From: Camelus dromedarius
Lineage: Eukaryota
Assembly: GCF_036321535.1 (NCBI RefSeq)
Contig: NC_087437.1
Coordinates: forward strand, 56,484,001-56,548,000
DNA length: 64,000 nt
Direction of reading: 5' to 3'
Shown piece after piece: positions 23,861 to 37,500 of this stretch. Every line of letters begins with the position of its first letter. The stretch's first letter is position 1. The position numbers and the translations under genes are program-made. The notes below the pieces were generated by a model. It saw only the letters and a program-made list of their open reading frames with translations, did no database searches and was not told the origin of the DNA.

Positions 23861-25381
23861 TCTGAGGATGAGATACTGAGATTGCCTGAAAAGGCAAGAG
23901 ACGTTCAAATTGAGATTCGTCACATACTTTGATAATGAAGGAATAGAAGGACTTTGCTGCCAACACCCCACCTCAGGTTGCCAAAGTATTGAGTCAGATA
24001 CTTGTGAAAAAAAAAGTGTACAGAAAAATATAGACCTTGTATTTAAACATTCCCCAAAGGAAAAAAATCATTGAAGGAATGCATAATAATTGTGGCTTCT
24101 GGTTAAGAAGAAGCATTCTTAAAATTTGGTTAATTTCCATTCAGTGGCTTCAATCTGTTCTCTAAGAATTTGATGCTCAAACTATCTGCCAATGAGCCAT
24201 TTCATTTTTGAATATTCAGGGAGCCTCAGAAGAACTGAAGACATTTAGAACACAGCAGAGCGTGTAACATGGTCATTAGAAAGTATCACTTAATCCATTT
24301 ATCTGGAGAGCTAAATAGGGAATTCAAACTGAACATACTAAAGCTCAGATGAAAGAAGAACCAGTTGCTGGTGGGGCTGTTATGAAGTCTGCAGCTCTCT
24401 ATACATCTGCTCTACGATTTGGATTCTCTGTAATAAAATTTGTATTTTTATGTGAATCTTCTAGTGTGAACTATCATTTGATCAGGAAGAAAAGCCCTCT
24501 CCGGGGTGGTGAAGATTGGGGCTTAAGGAGTTTTGATCTATGTTAATAAGTTATAATGTTGAACAAAGAAGAGGTTTTATGTCCTAGTGCAGTGAGGAGA
24601 TTATTGATCCACTCCAAAGTCTTCAGAGAATAATTTTCAAAGTTTTTTTTTTAGATAATTCAAAGCACTTAAAATATTTAAATAGAAAGAATGCTCTCTG
24701 AAATGGGTTCATGGGAAGAAAGCATAAAGATTCCAAATAAACTCTGAGTTCAGATCATGAGCTATTTTTGTCCTACTCTAGGTGATGGAACTGTTAATAC
24801 TATAATGCTATACTGAAAAAAAAAAACTTCAAATAAGATACAATCTGATATGTATGTACATATTTTTCATTTAAGACACATAGGCATGCATAACCATTTA
24901 CTACTTTTCTATTGTCAAAAACTGTGTCATATGCTTGAAATTAACTTGTTATTTAGTATCACGTTCTGAAACACACCTTGGGCAAGTAGTTCTTAATCAG
25001 AATTGGACATCATCTTTTTACAAACTGGACTTACTCCAGACTGCTAAATCTCCCAAAATGATTTAGGTGCAAATCTTGTAAAGGGCAACTGCTTCAAGTT
25101 ATCCTTCTAATATTTATAAATGTTTCAATGAGAAACCAATAGTGATAAAAATTTGGAGGAAAGAAGTTAAAAAATATTAATATTCCAGACAATATTTTTC
25201 TTTAAAGTGCAAAACTTAAAACTCATTGCTAAATATGGAATTTGAGTCTTTTACTTTCATATCCTATTAGGATTTACATAAAATATGAGAAAAGTCAAAT
25301 GGAGATAATAAAATTATAGATATCACCAATGTGGTTACTCTACTGAACAGCCGAAGAAGGCCAGAACGCTGACACTTACTA

Positions 25382-25419
25382 CATCCATGTGATCGGTCAT
25401 CCATGTGATCGGTCATCCA
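25382..25419. repeat. Perfect 16-bp tandem duplication (CATCCATGTGATCGGT)x2 + CATCCA
   Basis: Units at 25382-25397 and 25398-25413, partial unit at 25414-25419. Confidence 0.95.
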
Positions 25420-25664
25420 GAACAGGACAGTGTTTAAGGCATAACAACCTGGCTATGAGCGAAACAATTAGATGACTTTTAAGAAATACCAGAAGAAAAA
25501 AGGGAGAAAAAGTAAACCCTTTTACTTACTCACAGACTTCAGTAATGTAAAAGGGAAGTGTGATATGTAAAAATTCCCAAATATCAGACTGGACGGCTGA
25601 AATGTGGAATGGACGTCAGGGACTGGAGAATAAAGCTGCATGGTCACTTCTGTTACATGGGCTC

Positions 25665-25870
25665 TTGATATAGTGGGGAAGATATTCAGTTGGAGTCAGA
25701 AGACCCTAATTGGAGTAAAAATTCTTCTATAAACTGTGTGACTTTCAATCAGACCCCTTTGTTCTCAAAGTCTTTATATAAAAATGGGGATAATGTAGTA
25801 CCTACCTCATTGGATTGTTGTAAGGGTAAAATTATATGATAAATGTGAGCCTACAAAATCAGTAAACTAC
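25665..25870 (+). mobile_element. MIR SINE
   Basis: ggagtcagaagacc...tataaaaatggggataatgtagtacctacctcattggattgttgtaagg. Confidence 0.75.
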
Positions 25871-26109
25871 ATGCTTGGTAGTGAGAGGATGATGATTGAT
25901 GATATCGTAAAAGAAAGCTGAGGGAAAAGAAGAGGTCCAAAAGAAGCTCCTTGACCTGCTGAATCCTGGGGTACTTCCCACAGTACACGGTCTAACTGTA
26001 ATCTTTCACACCTAAACATTAAAGAACAGACAATACAATTTCATATGACTCGATGCTGAATGCCACAAAAAAATCATAGTCTCTGAAAAATTAAGAAGTA
26101 GAAAAATAA

Positions 26110-26610
26110 CTCTATTTGTTCTGTATTGCCATACAACAAATTACCCCATAGCAGCTTAGAACAACAAATATTGGGTGCCTCACATTTTCTGTGGGTCAAG
26201 GATTTCGGAGAAGATTATCTGGCTGGTTCTCACTCAGAGTTACTCATAAAATTACTGGCAAAGTGTTGGCCAGAGCTAAGTCATTTGAAGCCTAGGGTGG
26301 GGCTAGGTGCAAGCACATGGGTGTCAGTAGGAAACCATATGGACCTCCTCGCAGGGTTCTTTGAGTATCTTCATGACACATTAGTTGGCTTACACCAGAG
26401 CAAGAGATCTTGTTCAGAGAGAGAGACAAAGCTTCAGTGCCTCAGTGCCATCTATGACCCAGTCTCCAAAATGATATATCATGACTTCTGTAATTGTGTA
26501 TTGGTTAGAAATGAGTCCCTAAGTCCAGCCCAAACTCAAGAGGAGGGGAATTCAGCTCCTGAAGGGAGGACTATCAAAGAATTTGTGAACGTATTTTGAA
26601 GCCAGTGCTA
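26110..26610 (-). mobile_element. MaLR LTR (MLT1-type)
   Basis: acaaattacccca...ctcacattttctgtgggtcaagga...ttggttagaaatgagtccctaagtccagcccaaactcaagaggagggg. Confidence 0.8.
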
Positions 26611-28059
26611 TAACACAGGAAACCATTTGTTTTTCATTTGAATAAACTGAAGTCCAAAAAAGGAAAGTGACTGGTCCTTAGCCGTCCTAACTTCATCCCT
26701 AATCTGATAGGCCAACTAGCTGCAGTGGTGCCACAACTTCAAATGAAAGCTGATTATCTTGTTCTGGCCGGAACATTTCTTCCATCTGGTAAAAGATTAT
26801 AGAATGGGGAAGAATTACATTATCTGCAGTCCTGGTACCTCTGTCTCTGTCTCTCTATCTCTTCTTTCTCCCTTCCTTTTCCTCCCCTCCCCTTTTCTGT
26901 TCTACTCGACAAAGAGGGAGGCAGTCTCTGAAAGCTGCAGATGGATGAGATAAATGGAGCTGGTTAGCCATATTCTTGGTCTGGGGTTGAGGACTGAAAT
27001 AGAACTTTTATTCTGGGCTTGCCTCTAAAGAGATTGGAAGTGACTGTTTATTCCAAAAAGCAGCTGCTGCACGAGGAGGCAGGTAATTGCTTCCTCTGAA
27101 GTAACCCCGATTTTTGTCTTAGCTCTGAACTGAAATGGTTATTTATTAATAATCATTTCTCCCCTGTATCTCAGACTTCTGAGTCCCCAAAATGGATGGT
27201 GTTGGACTAGAAATTCTGTAGGGTGTTACAATGTTATGCTTCTTTGGTTCAATGAGTAATGCTTAAATAGCCACTCCCCCTTCCACATCCACACACACCC
27301 GCAGCCAGGGTCCAGGGATGGTTGGAAGCATATTTAAAACGTGCAATCCTTCTTCTCTAGGACTCAAGCAGCGCTTCTGTCTGCTTAGACCTAGTTCCTT
27401 TAACATGCATTTCTCACTTGTAAAGCTCAACAGCTAACTTCTTTTCTCCTCCCTTAGTGTTTTCTGTCACTGTCTGGTGCCAGTAGCTGTGAGAAGATAA
27501 CATTAAGTTTACATGGAGCCTGTTCATAGTTCAACTCTGATGCCTCCAATTTTTTCAAACCAATTTTAATCTCAAATTCTAAGGTCACTACTTTATAAAT
27601 TAGATTGAAAAATGTTACCTTCTGTCTTCTGAGCAGTTTTATGCCTTTATCTTTTATCCAAACAAATGCCAAGCCATGTCTTTATTGTGATGTATGTCCA
27701 CATATTTCACCATGCCAAAATATAAAGGGAGGCTTGCTTTTGAAATCATATATTGTATAAACAGCAACATCCCTGGAGTTAGGAGCTCTGAGTTCTAATT
27801 CAAACTATAATTCTTCTACTATTAGACCCTGAGCAAAGCACTAACTGTGCCGTAGTTCCTACATCGATACAATTCAAGGATCACTGTGTACCTTTCCATC
27901 TCTGATATTCTAGGAGTTGATGTAATAATAAAGAAGCACTCTGTGTCTCAAGGTACAATTCATGATTCCTTCCGGGTAATCCAAAGTCAACTGTCTAAGG
28001 AATTTGTTCTTTATAAGGACATAAATGGGATCTGAGTTGCACAAAATGAAACCGGATCT

Positions 28060-28545
28060 CAGAGATCTTTCCTCCTCTCTTATCCTAAGTCAATTGCTCA
28101 TCAACTCTTGTGCACCTGTTTTCCAAGAGTCTTTCAAAACTCTTCTCTTCTCCCCAGGAATTGTGAGAATTTGAGCCAAATACGCACTAAGCACTCTATT
28201 TTCTAAACACGCCATGCACTTTTATGCTCTATGTGCCTTCGCTAATGTTACTTCTTGGAATGCCCACTCTTCCCCCCTCTGTGTAAAAGCTCTGACAATG
28301 CCTCAAGTTCATCTCAAATATTTTCAAACCTATGAAATTTTCCAGGTATAGTTGGATACTCCTTTCTCTGCATTTGTATTGTTCATAAGATTTCTGTTAT
28401 TGAATTCTAAATTTCTTTATTTCTTTTTCACCTACTATCCTGTAAGTATCAATGGACAGATAATATATACTGAATTTCTAAGCACTTAGCATGAAGATGA
28501 GCACATAATATTTTTCCACTAATGTTTTGTTAAATAAATTAATTA
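28060..28545 (+). mobile_element. L2 fragment
   Basis: tgtgccttcgctaatgttacttcttggaatgccc ... gcacttagcat...cacataata...ttgttaaataaatt. Confidence 0.55.
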
Positions 28546-29714
28546 ATTATGGCCACTATCACTGGGAACAGAGTCATAGAGTGCCTCTATCTTTCTTCCA
28601 TCTCTACTCCATTATAGGTGCAGTGTTCTACAAAAGGTACCATTTTAGGACTCTGTTCATTACTGTGTAAAGTGAATTTCAATATTGGAATTCTGGGGCT
28701 CCCAACACACATCCAGCACCACTGGAGTTTGCCCTTGGCATTTCTTGAGGACAGATGATCCATGACCAAGTAGGGGTGGAAGAGCCCCAGCTGTGCCATG
28801 CCTGTCCTGGTTGCCACCCTCACACTGAGGACTTCTGTCTTTGCTCCACACTATCTGCGATAACAGCTGATGCTGGAGTCAGCATCATGCTCGTTGGCAG
28901 ATGTTCTATTTGTGATCTTGCTATTAAATAGGCTCAAATTGACACGACACTAAGATGTGCTAAACAATCTCTACCTACAGTGTACTGTAGAGAACTTCTG
29001 GCTAATGAATTCAAGCAGAAAAACATTAAATCTGTTTATTGTTTTCAAATCTAGATGATACTGGAGAAATGAATAAAGTACTGTGTTAATTCAGGGTTAG
29101 TTGGTAATTGAGAGATCAGTTCTTCCAAATTCCCTGCATAATATGTATATCTATGTTTTTTACTCTAGGGGTCAATAGACTCTTACAAGACAGTACATCT
29201 TGCAGCACTCTCTCCATGGTCATCACCACTGCCGTGGTTCAGGACTCTTCCTGAGTCTTGTAACAGTCTTCTGGTTTCTCTCAATGACTCTAGTCTCCCT
29301 TCTCTAAACTCTTGTGTACATCATCACCAAATCAGTCCTTCTAGGACACGACGTCGACCATGACACTTCAAGTCTCAGAGAATTTGCACCTCACTTCCCA
29401 AAAAATAAAGTTTGATTTGTTTCGCCTCACCCTGCACTTGGGATACTCTGTTCTCTAGCCTGAGCCAATCTTCAGCAACTTACTTATTTTCTGCTTCTGT
29501 ATATGCAGTCAACACTACAATGCAGGGAGAGACTTACTATTTCTTAAATATTTTTCCATAAGTGTGACTTTGTTCAGATTGTCACTGCCTGGAAAACCCC
29601 TCTACACATCTCACACGTCCACTCTCAAGGTGCAGTTCAAATACCATTTTTCCAGACACCATCGACAGAAAACATTTTCTTTCCTATTAAATCTCTCATT
29701 GCATTTTCCTGTTT

Positions 29715-32680
29715 TTTTCACTCATTCACTCATTCAACAACATTAATTGAGCATCTACTTTGTACCTAACACTTTTGTAAAACCTCAAAACACATCAGTG
29801 AACAAAACAGATCAAATTTCTTTCTCTCCTTATGCTTACATTCTGGTGGCAGAAAACAGGAAATAAATAAAATAAATAAGTAAAATATAGAGTATGTTAT
29901 ACGGTTATAAATTCTACAGATTTGTTGATAAAGCAGAGACATGAGATAAGGAGTGTTGCGAGAGGACTTTCAGTTTTAAACAGTATTCATAGAAAGTCTC
30001 AAGGGGAAGGCAGCTTTTGAGTGAAAACATAAATGAGGTGGCGGAAGAGGACTGAACAGATTTAACAGCAAGTTTAAAGTTCATAATATGTCAAAAAAAA
30101 AAAAAAAGAGCAAAGAGTGTTTGGTTGGAGTACGGAGTACAAGGAGCATGCAGGAGAATAGGAAATGAAGTCAGAGGCACTAGAGCAAGATGACAATAGT
30201 CTGTGTCCTTGTAGACCATTGTAAGATCCTTCCAGTTTGCTCTTTTCTGCTGGAGTGGAGCAGCAAAAGTTTTATCCAGCAGGAAACATATGGCATCCAT
30301 AAACTGAGAAACTTAAGAACAGTTTAATAAATTTTTAATTTTAAAATGTGTGCACAAGGTTTAGGAAACTTAATACAAGATAGTATAGCACCCAGCACTA
30401 GTAACAATGTGCAGCATTACCACCCTGGACCTCAACTGGCAAAGAAAGAGTGAGTCTAAGACACCAGGGGTCTCTGTACAGGGTGGGCAGCCGCACAGCA
30501 GCTGTGGCTTTCAGTGGAGGGAACCAGCCAACACACTGACCATACAGGAGTAGGTGAAGACCTTGACCTCACTCTCCTGCCCACCAATTTCTGGCTAGTT
30601 CCTCTCATTGGTGAATCCAACCAGAATCTAGAGATCAAGGAATCTTGTAGATGAAATCTAACAAGTTTGGCTCCTTTGAGCATAAACCTGGGTAGGGAAG
30701 GACAGAAGGAGTCTAGGGAGCACACAAAGATATTCAGATTGGGGATCTCATGGAGGGTTCTGAACATGGAAGTGACATGATACACTTAATATCTTATCAG
30801 AACACTCGGCTTTGTGAAGAATAAACTATAGGAGAGCAAGAATGGAGGTGAGAAGCTACTGCAATACACTAAATTATAGATAATGGGACTCTGGATCAGC
30901 ATGTTAGTGAGGGAGCAATGAGAAGTGGTTGCAAACTATGCATTTGAAAGTTAAGCTGACAGAATTTTCTGACATATTAAAAGAGGGATATTAAAGTATG
31001 AATGGAGTTAAATTCTTAGTTTTGGCTCATGCAACTGGAAAAACTGGAGTGGCAGTTTTGAAGGACAGGGAAGATTAGAGATTCAGTTTTATCTTTTAAT
31101 TTAAAGATGCTTTAGACTTCAAAGTGATAAGGTTTCGGAGCCAGCTTAGTGCTGGGAAATTGCCATTCAAGAGAAAGGACTGGACAGGGTATACCCATAT
31201 TTAAATCGTATAATTTCAATATGAATGTATTAGAAAAAAGTGATTGTACTGGGAAAAGAAAAGATCCAAGGGGTACCCCTGAGGCACCCCAGTGATGCAA
31301 CATCAAAATGATGATAAAGAACCAACTAGAAGTCTGTAAAGAAAAAAATAATGGAGGATGTAGATCTCTGGAAGTCAAGCAAAGACAGTGCTTCACAATG
31401 AAGAAAACAATCAGTGGGTCAAACACCGGGGCTGGATCAAGTGAGATGAGAATGAGAATTGACTGTCAGATTCAGCAACACAGAGAGTACTGGAGAGCTT
31501 GACAAGAAGAGTTTGTGGAGTGGTGGGAGCAAAATTCTGCTCTGAACAGGTTCAGAAGAGAAGGGAAAGAGAATTGGATGCAGAAAGTAAAATAATTCTT
31601 AAAGGAAACTGGCTTCAAATGGAGACAGAGAAGTGCATTTTTCTGAGGTATAAGTAGCATTAAGAAGTGCTTTGTCACTGTTTGTCCCATGCTGATGGAG
31701 ATAATAAGGATAAAGCTTCACTTCAGAATGGTAGTTCGGATTCTGGTGTGAGACCAGTCAGCATGCTTGTGTGTTTTTCATCACCCATGTCTAGCTGCAC
31801 ATGGACAGGTAGGTAAGTTGAGAGGGAAAAAAAAATAAAGATTCAGGAGAGAGAGGAGACAATTGTTGGAAGAATAACCTGGTATAAATTGCATGTAGTG
31901 GCCAAACAGAAGGGCTTCCTTAAATAATACAAAGGTCAGAGCAACAGGAGATCGCTGGTAGGTAAGTAGATACAATGCTGGCGATGTGAGGACTGTCTTC
32001 TCTGGTTTTCTGCTTTTGCTTTCTAAGTGAAACAATAATCAAGATAATCAGTCTACAGTGAGAATGAGAGAAGAGGTGCTGAGTGTCAGGTATTTGAGAC
32101 AAATTGGCCAGATATGAAACAGTCATCTAGGAAAATAAGCAAGTGAATATTCCTGCGCAATGCAGTATTATTTCTGGGGATCAGTAAGAGTCTACTTGAG
32201 TATGGCGGTCATGAAATTGACATGAAATCGGTCAGCATGGCTGTGCGTTTTTCTCTACTACATCTGTCTACATGCGTGCAGGTGGTTAGTAGGTGGAGTT
32301 GGGTTTGACTAGAATGGGGATGGGTAATGCCTGCAAAGGCCTGATTATGTTTGACTGTGGAATTTAAGCCAAATAAGGATTAAAGTGAGGCATGAGAGAG
32401 CTTAGGTATACTGAAAAGTGGCGAGATAAATTGACTGAAGGTCTTGATAAGATCAAAAGATTGCTGGAATAAGAATACTAGGTCAAGTGAGCTAGAAGGA
32501 TAGGAGATGACAGAGAATGGGTGCTTGCAACAGAGATTATGGAGAAATTGAAATGATTCGGCTTCATCACATTAAAGGTAATATAGTGGCAGTGAGGGAG
32601 TGAGGTAGATTGAAATTAGGACCACTGGTAGAGAGGAGATTAAGAACTGAGAGGCTAAAGTATTGAAAAGATGGTTACTA
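29715..32680 (-). mobile_element. Long L2 fragment interrupted by an LTR
   Basis: The left end has the L2 tail in antisense (cattcactcattcaacaacattaattgagcatctact). A purine-rich antisense L2 body continues on both sides of 30300-30735. Confidence 0.75.
30300..30735 (-). mobile_element. Old ERVL/MaLR-class solo LTR nested in L2
   Basis: tttaataaa near the left end and ctctcctgcccacc...cctctcattggtgaatccaaccagaatctagag pattern. It breaks L2 continuity. Confidence 0.55.
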
Positions 32681-32899
32681 TGAGATTTAGCCACAAAAGC
32701 AACCTATACCCATTTCTCCAAACTATGATGCTCTTTAAATCCCTATGTCTTCCTGTCCTCTTTGGCCGAGATGCCCACTGCTCTATCTCCTGCAACTACT
32801 TGTTCTACCTTTTGGAACTTTTGATTTATTTATTATTTTAGGCTCAACTCAAATATTACACTCTTGGTAAATGCATGATGATGACTTTTTTTTTTACAT

Positions 32900-33420
32900 C
32901 TCAATTACCATTCCTCCTTTTCACAGTAATAACATTCTAATTTCTAGGGTATCCAATGCTTTCCTTCTCTCAATCCTTGTTTTATAGTTATGATTAGATC
33001 CAGAAGAGTGTATATGATTTAAGCCCACTGGTGGTGTTTTCCTGGCCTCGGTAATTAGTTTATAAAAGCCACATGGTCCAAATCAGCCCAAAGAACTTGA
33101 TATGAGATTACTATTAGGATTTTCAGAAAGAAAAATGATCTTCTGATGGGGTTACTGAGAGAACAGGAGCTGCTATGAACTTCCCTGCTTTGTGGGAAGA
33201 GATCACCTAAATAAAGCCAACAGAGGAGCCAAGAGATGGAAGAGGGAAGGACTCCTGAAGACCTATTTTGAGTTTTTAGATCCAGCAATACAATATCTAA
33301 AGCACTTTTTATCCCTAGACTTTTAAATCATGTGAACCAATAAATGTCCTTTTTTTACCCCCTTAAGACAGTTGGAGTGGGTATCTTCCATTTATAAATA
33401 AAAGAACCATGACTAATATA
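32900..33420 (+). mobile_element. MaLR LTR (MLT1-type)
   Basis: tgtgaaccaataaatgtccttttt..cttaagacagttggagtggg...aaaagaaccatgactaatata 3' end. Confidence 0.7.
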
Positions 33421-34949
33421 ATTACTTCAAATAAAGGAGAGTCAGAAGTCCCATGTCCAGTAATCAAAACCTAAGCCCCTGAGAATTACCAGGCCTTCTA
33501 GGACCCAGAAAAGAAACAGAGAGTTTCCTAGTGAGGAGAAAAGACCTTGCTCGTCTAGGACTGATCTCCTCAGCTCTAATCCTTTACTTATGATTCCCTC
33601 ATGATGAATAGCAGCAGTCAAGTCATTAACGCAGAGATAATTAGACAAAGATATTTAATTAAGGGGAAATTCTTCTTCCTCGTGAAAGCCACCCAAAGTC
33701 TACAATTAAAGGTTCGTTCAATCATGACGGTGCCCATATTCAACACAAGTCACATAGTCTGAAGACAAAACCTGCCCTTGAGAAAAACAAAGAAAAGTTT
33801 AAAATCAAAATATTTCAAAGAAGTCTGCTTCCTATTACATTTCATCAAACTGCTTACCCTTAGGAACAGTTTTCAACATATTTTATTCAGAATTTTCAAA
33901 TTTTTATTCAGAGTTATAAGTCAATTAATTAATCAATTATTGTGAATTCAGCAACAACCCAGAACAGAACAGAGAAAGGTTACACATAAAAGGCACAGAC
34001 AGAACTTCTCCAAATACTCTGCATACTTACTTTAAAGAGCAGATCAAAGACGTAACATGTTAGTTATTTCTGTGAAACAATTAACTTTTGAAGAGTTAAA
34101 AGAGATAAAATTAAAATACCACAACTTTCAACAGCCTGTCTGTAACACACTGCATTATTTTGTTCCACACAGCTTCATCTGGAAAATCCTAGGCTGCGGG
34201 TCTGCATTCAGAATTATTCAGGGAATTACATTAATTGCATGAAACAGGCCATAGTGATTGGCCATAAAGTTTAATTAACCACAGATAGTGACCATCTTTT
34301 TAAGCATATTTCTGATGGCTTTCATTGATAAAACTGTACCAAAAAAAGCAACAGCTGTGTACTTTATAAATTGTTGTGCATATGGACAGTGTTTTTCTTT
34401 AAAAGGGTAAAATATTTTCTTCCAACTTTGTAGCCCTTTTCAATCTCTGACTTTAAAACTCGCCATACAGCATTACCTTGGGAGGTAGCAGGGTACTGGC
34501 TGGAGGGAGGAGATGAAGGGTAGTGGGATCTACCCACCCTCACTGACACGCATCATGTCATTCAGTCACCATATGATGACAAAGAAGCTGGGAAATTATC
34601 CTCATTTCAAAAATCAGATAACCAAGATTCAGAAAAATTTCCCCAAGCTGAAACAGCCATCAAGTGGCAGAACTAGTATTTGAAAAACCAAAGAAATCAG
34701 GTTCCAAAGACCTAGTTTTCTTCACCAATTAAACTGTCTCCTAACATTTCAAATCAACATGATTCTTAAGTGGCTGCTTATATTTTTGGTGCCATTGACT
34801 TATTAGGATAATGAAATATGACTGAGAATGGCCTGATGATTAATAAGCTTTATTATTTTGTCATTACAGTTCACAGATTATAATAAGACGACGTAAATGG
34901 TCTTGTGAATCCAAACGTAACTTCCTGCTGTGTGATGGCAATGGCAATA

Positions 34950-35135
34950 GCAATAAATCACATTCATGTAGCATTTTACAGTTTCAAAATATTTCCACAT
35001 ACTCTGCCTCCTTATGAGTCTGTTCTCACGACAACCTGTGAAGTAGGCAGAGCTAAATTTATTCTCACTATTTTGAAGTTGAGGAAATTGAGGAACAGAG
35101 AAGTATTTGCTCAGATCAAATGACTGCAGAGCCTA
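34950..35135 (-). mobile_element. MIR SINE
   Basis: ttctcacgacaacctgtgaagtagg...ttttgaagttgaggaaattgagg. Confidence 0.7.
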
Positions 35136-35449
35136 TGTAAAAACACAGACCATTCATTCACTGATTTACTCACTCTTTCAAAAAGAAAATTTGCATATCT
35201 ATTATGGGACAATTACTCTTATTTCTAAAGAGACATCCAATCTATTACTCATTTCGTAAGTCTGAGCTGTATATTACAGACTATGCTACATATGTTAATA
35301 ATCGTGCCTACCAGGCCCAATATCTTTCCCAGCCCCAACCTATTACCTCTACTAAATGAAGCTCACTTAGGTTGTTCTTTGAGTCAGCTCACTGATTCAG
35401 ACTAGCCAGAAAGCAGCAAATTTATACACTGGCTGCTAATGTACGATAT

Positions 35450-37500
35450 GGTCTAGCATGAAAAATCTGCTCACAGAGGCAACGGCCACGATGAGGTAGA
35501 CACTCAGAAAGAAGCAGACTGAGGGAATAGAAGAGCTAGACTTCTGGGCTAAAAGACAGACTTAACAGAGCAGAAGCTCTTGCTCTTACTTTGAGTACAT
35601 AGTAATGCTGGCTAATGTACTTCAAATAAATCAAAAGCAGCTAGGCTTTAAAGCAAGAAAGGGAAACAGACAGATGCCGGAAATGAAAACTAATCCCAGA
35701 GCCACAGCTCTGAGCGAGAACTGAGCCGTGCTGTCTCTGGGAGAGTAAAACTGTACGCATTAGTGACCTGAATTTTTAATGCTACCTGCAAAAATTGGTC
35801 AAGACTTTAGTCTGCACATATAGTAAGGAATGTATCTGGGCTCTTAGTATAAATCAGAAACCAAATAAATACTGTACTGTATATGTGTAGGGTCCTAAAA
35901 TCTCTGAAATTTCTGCCCACTGAGCAATGGCTCTTGAGATCACAGACATGAATCAAGTCGCCAGCAAGAGATTGAGATCTTAGTCCTATACATGTGTGCA
36001 GCCCAAATTTATATCACCAGAACTATTTGAAAGAACCCAAAGTAAAAAAATCTGGTATAAAATTTGGAGCCATTCCACCTGTAAGGCCTGAGCAGAGGCA
36101 ACTATAAAAACGTCCCATAGAGGAAATCCCAGTTCTCAGAATTTGCACACGACTCCCCAAAGCTGAGCACTGAAGATGTTCTTACGAACCTGAAAAGTAG
36201 AAAGGCAGACAGCAGACTCACAAATGGGAACATATATATGTGTGGGATCACAGGAAAGAGAAAAATAATAAACTTTAAAATTAGTGTGTTTATGTGTTCT
36301 AAGTGCTGAAAATGATCAAAACTAACCTATAAAAATGAAAAAGAACAGAAGATAGTGATACCAAATTGAGTAATTTTTGACTGTCAGTGAATTTCTTATC
36401 AGCCAAGTTGAGGCTAGCTGACTTTTGGAATAATATTATCAAAGCACTGAGGGAAAAATAAAACTGTCGCCCTAAAATTATATACCCTGCTAACCATAAT
36501 TCAAATCTGTGGATAAAATAAAGACATTACAAAAAACAACAACAACAACAAATGCTAAGTGAAAGCACTGTCCATGGAATTGATAAGTAGGAAATATACT
36601 TAAGCAGGAAAATAAGTAAACCCAGAAGGAAGTGGTAAAATCCAAGAAGCAAGTGTGAGCAAATGATTAAATAAATACGTTAATAAATAAGCACAAATGT
36701 TAAATACAATTTCAAAATAACAATTTTTTTGCATGTGTAAAGAATGAGGTGGAATTAAAATACTAAATAATAACGTGAAAGATTGGAGAGGAGTAATTAA
36801 GATGGTTGCTAAAGGGGACACATTTTTTTTTCTTGTTTAGAAGAAAGACACATTGAGCAATATTTTAGGTATATTAAAATATAATAGAAGCCACTCAGAA
36901 GAATATAAATATATAACTGTAAAAGTAGTAGATTGATGCAGAGGGAAAATATTGATAGTATAGATAAAAAGGCAATTCTTTTTTTCTGTTTTTTTGTTAT
37001 TGAAGTATAGTCAGTTTACAATGTTGTGTCAATTTTTGGTGTACAGCATAATGTTTAGTTGTACATAATAAAAAAGCAGTTTTATCAGTCCGATAGAAGG
37101 CAAGGAATGGAGGGGGAAAAAAAGCATGGTAAAGAGATAATACAAATTAAGATTGTAAAAATAAGTGCAAATACATTAGTGAGTAATAAAGTATAATCTC
37201 TTCAAAAATTCAAAATGCAGTCACTATATATGGATTATGGATATACATTTATATATGTGTAAGTAAAAACAAAGAAAATGGTTCACTCTAAATTCATATT
37301 AGTGGTTGCTTGTAGAAAAGAGCAAGAAAACTGGGAATGAAAATGCTTGGAAATGTGCTCAATTTTGCATACAGTGGTTTGTTTCTATTAGGAAAAAAGA
37401 GACTTGAATCAAATATGACAATGTTATCAGTTGTCAAGTCTGAGTGATGAGTACATGAGTATTTTTAATCATGTTAGTGCTTTAATTTTTTAAATGTCTC
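35450..37500 (+). mobile_element. Old, heavily deleted L1 (L1ME/L1M-type)
   Basis: A-rich. cctaaaattatataccctgctaa...taaaataaagacatt resembles the ORF1 end, and agtggttgc...tgatgagtacatgagt resembles the 3' end. Confidence 0.55.
36978..37067 (-). mobile_element. ~90-bp extreme 3' tail of a young L1
   Basis: ttgaagtatagtcagtttacaatgttgtgtcaatttttggtgtacagcata is shared with the copies at 6.5, 39.7 and 40.7 kb. TSD-like ATAAAAAGGCAATT (36964) / ATAAAAAAGCAGTT (37068). Confidence 0.8.

Noticed and set aside
26126..26599. 157-aa ORF
   Set aside because: It lies wholly within an MLT1-type LTR, starts at TTG and has no homology I recognise.
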